Virus record (IMG/VR): IMGVR_UViG_3300038312_000145
Coordinates: 1 to 58,513 of that record
DNA length: 58,513 nucleotides
Direction: 5' to 3' (one strand)
Source of the DNA: a virus
Lineage: Duplodnaviria; Caudoviricetes
Shown: positions 57,370-58,513 of the stretch, piece by piece
How positions within the stretch are numbered: position 1 is the first letter of the stretch
How the letters are laid out: every line of letters starts with the position of its first letter
Made by a program: the position numbers and the translations under genes
The notes under the pieces: model-generated
Told to the model about the DNA's origin: nothing
Seen by the model: the letters and a program-made list of their open reading frames with translations, nothing else
Databases searched by the model: none

Positions 57370-57864
57370 TTGAACATAGAAAAGATGTTAGCGGACCAGA
57401 AAAAGCTAGATGAGGAAATATTTAAAAACTCTGGAATTAAAGAATACCCTTTAGAAAATATTAAGCTTGCGTTATTAGTAGAACTAGGAGAACTCTGTAA
57501 TGAGGATAAGAGCTTTAAGTACTGGAAGAAGCACAAGGAAGTAAATAAAGAAAGACTTTTAGACGAGTTTGCAGACTGCTTGCACTTCTCATTAAGCTTA
57601 GAAAATCACTTAGGACAAATAAGAAGAGACAAATTAATTGACTTTGATAATTTTGTGAATCCGTTGATCGAAAACTCTAAAAAAATGGAAGACGATATAA
57701 GCGAAGATTTTATAAATACTTTTTGTGCGGTCTTAGAAGAACGTTCGATATTAATTGCAGTAATAGTCTTAGGAATATGCTTAGATATTCCACTAGATGA
57801 AATGGAAAGTTGTTATTATAAAAAGCACAAAGAGAACTATAAAAGACAGCAGGAAGGATACTAG
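57370..57864 (+). CDS. Dimeric dUTPase
   Basis: Q..LD, ALLVELGEL.NE..FKYW, LDEFAD.LHF.LS, K...N..RQ..GY motifs. Confidence 0.9.
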   Translation: MNIEKMLADQKKLDEEIFKNSGIKEYPLENIKLALLVELGELCNEDKSFKYWKKHKEVNKERLLDEFADCLHFSLSLENHLGQIRRDKLIDFDNFVNPLIENSKKMEDDISEDFINTFCAVLEERSILIAVIVLGICLDIPLDEMESCYYKKHKENYKRQQEGY

Positions 57865-57991
57865 ATAGAACAAATACACAGCTTATTTGAAACATAATAA
57901 GTAAAAGGTATAATTAGTCTACTAAAAATTGGATAGTTATAAATAAGCTGTATCTGTGTTTTAGAATACTAATAAAGTAGGAGGGTTAAAA

Positions 57992-58231
57992 ATGTTACGT
58001 AAAAAGATTTTTAAATTTTGGAAATGGAGAATTGAATTAAAACTAAATAGGATAGCTAATAAAGATAAGGTTGAATTTTTGGCTAATCAATTAATCAAAG
58101 AACTTGGAATAAAATGTGATCCAGAGTGTGAATGCATTAGAGTTTGGATACATCGCAAAAAAGATATGTGTGTAGAAAATACCACAGATGGAATAGAAGA
58201 CCGAATTGAGTGCAAATATACAGGAAAATAG
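57992..58231 (+). CDS. Hypothetical protein
   Basis: GGAGG RBS; loosely resembles 51229..51459 (LIKELGI..D..C..I.VWIH). Confidence 0.5.
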   Translation: MLRKKIFKFWKWRIELKLNRIANKDKVEFLANQLIKELGIKCDPECECIRVWIHRKKDMCVENTTDGIEDRIECKYTGK

Positions 58232-58513
58232 TGGAGGATTAAACATGAAAAATAAAATAAAAGGATTACCAAGTAAGTATGATTTTATGGAAATGGTTGA
58301 AAGCACATTTGAGACTTGCAATTCAGATGAAGAAATAGAACAGAAAGCAACTCATATGACTTTTATAGTAGAAAATCAAAAGGAACTAGCAAAGAGATAC
58401 TTAAAACTAGGAATTTTGGAAGAAAGGTGATTAAGATATATAGATATTATTCAACTGAAAGACCTGTAAGTATAGGAACATATCCTAAAGTAAAAGACAA
58501 CAAGCCTGTAAAT

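Overview
The whole window is an AT-rich temperate myovirus genome segment, most likely from a Clostridium-like host (inferred from CWB2, XkdX and GH25 genes). Gene order: portal/head, contractile tail and baseplate, tail fibres, lysis, an intact attP, integrase/repressor, early and replication genes. No terminase or host genes are visible. The main system is a complete diversity-generating retroelement (avd-TR-RT-target, 31948..34706) inside the tail-fibre module. Its 98-bp TR and VR differ at 11 positions, all at TR adenines. The VR is internal, and the target C-terminus looks like the continuation of the upstream tail-fibre protein. The genome carries many selfish elements. These are an IS110 and a TnpA-less IS200/IS605 TnpB element (precise removal of each restores an ORF), a second TnpB-element right end at position 1, and five HNH-type endonucleases. 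One HNH gene and the tnpB gene share a homologous divergent RHH-repressor/promoter cassette. Also present: a second repressor/antirepressor switch with a CWB2 surface protein inside the baseplate operon, two Com-like zinc fingers each followed by a terminator hairpin, and a -1 frameshift in the tail chaperone. Family names come from motif recognition and synteny, not from database searches.
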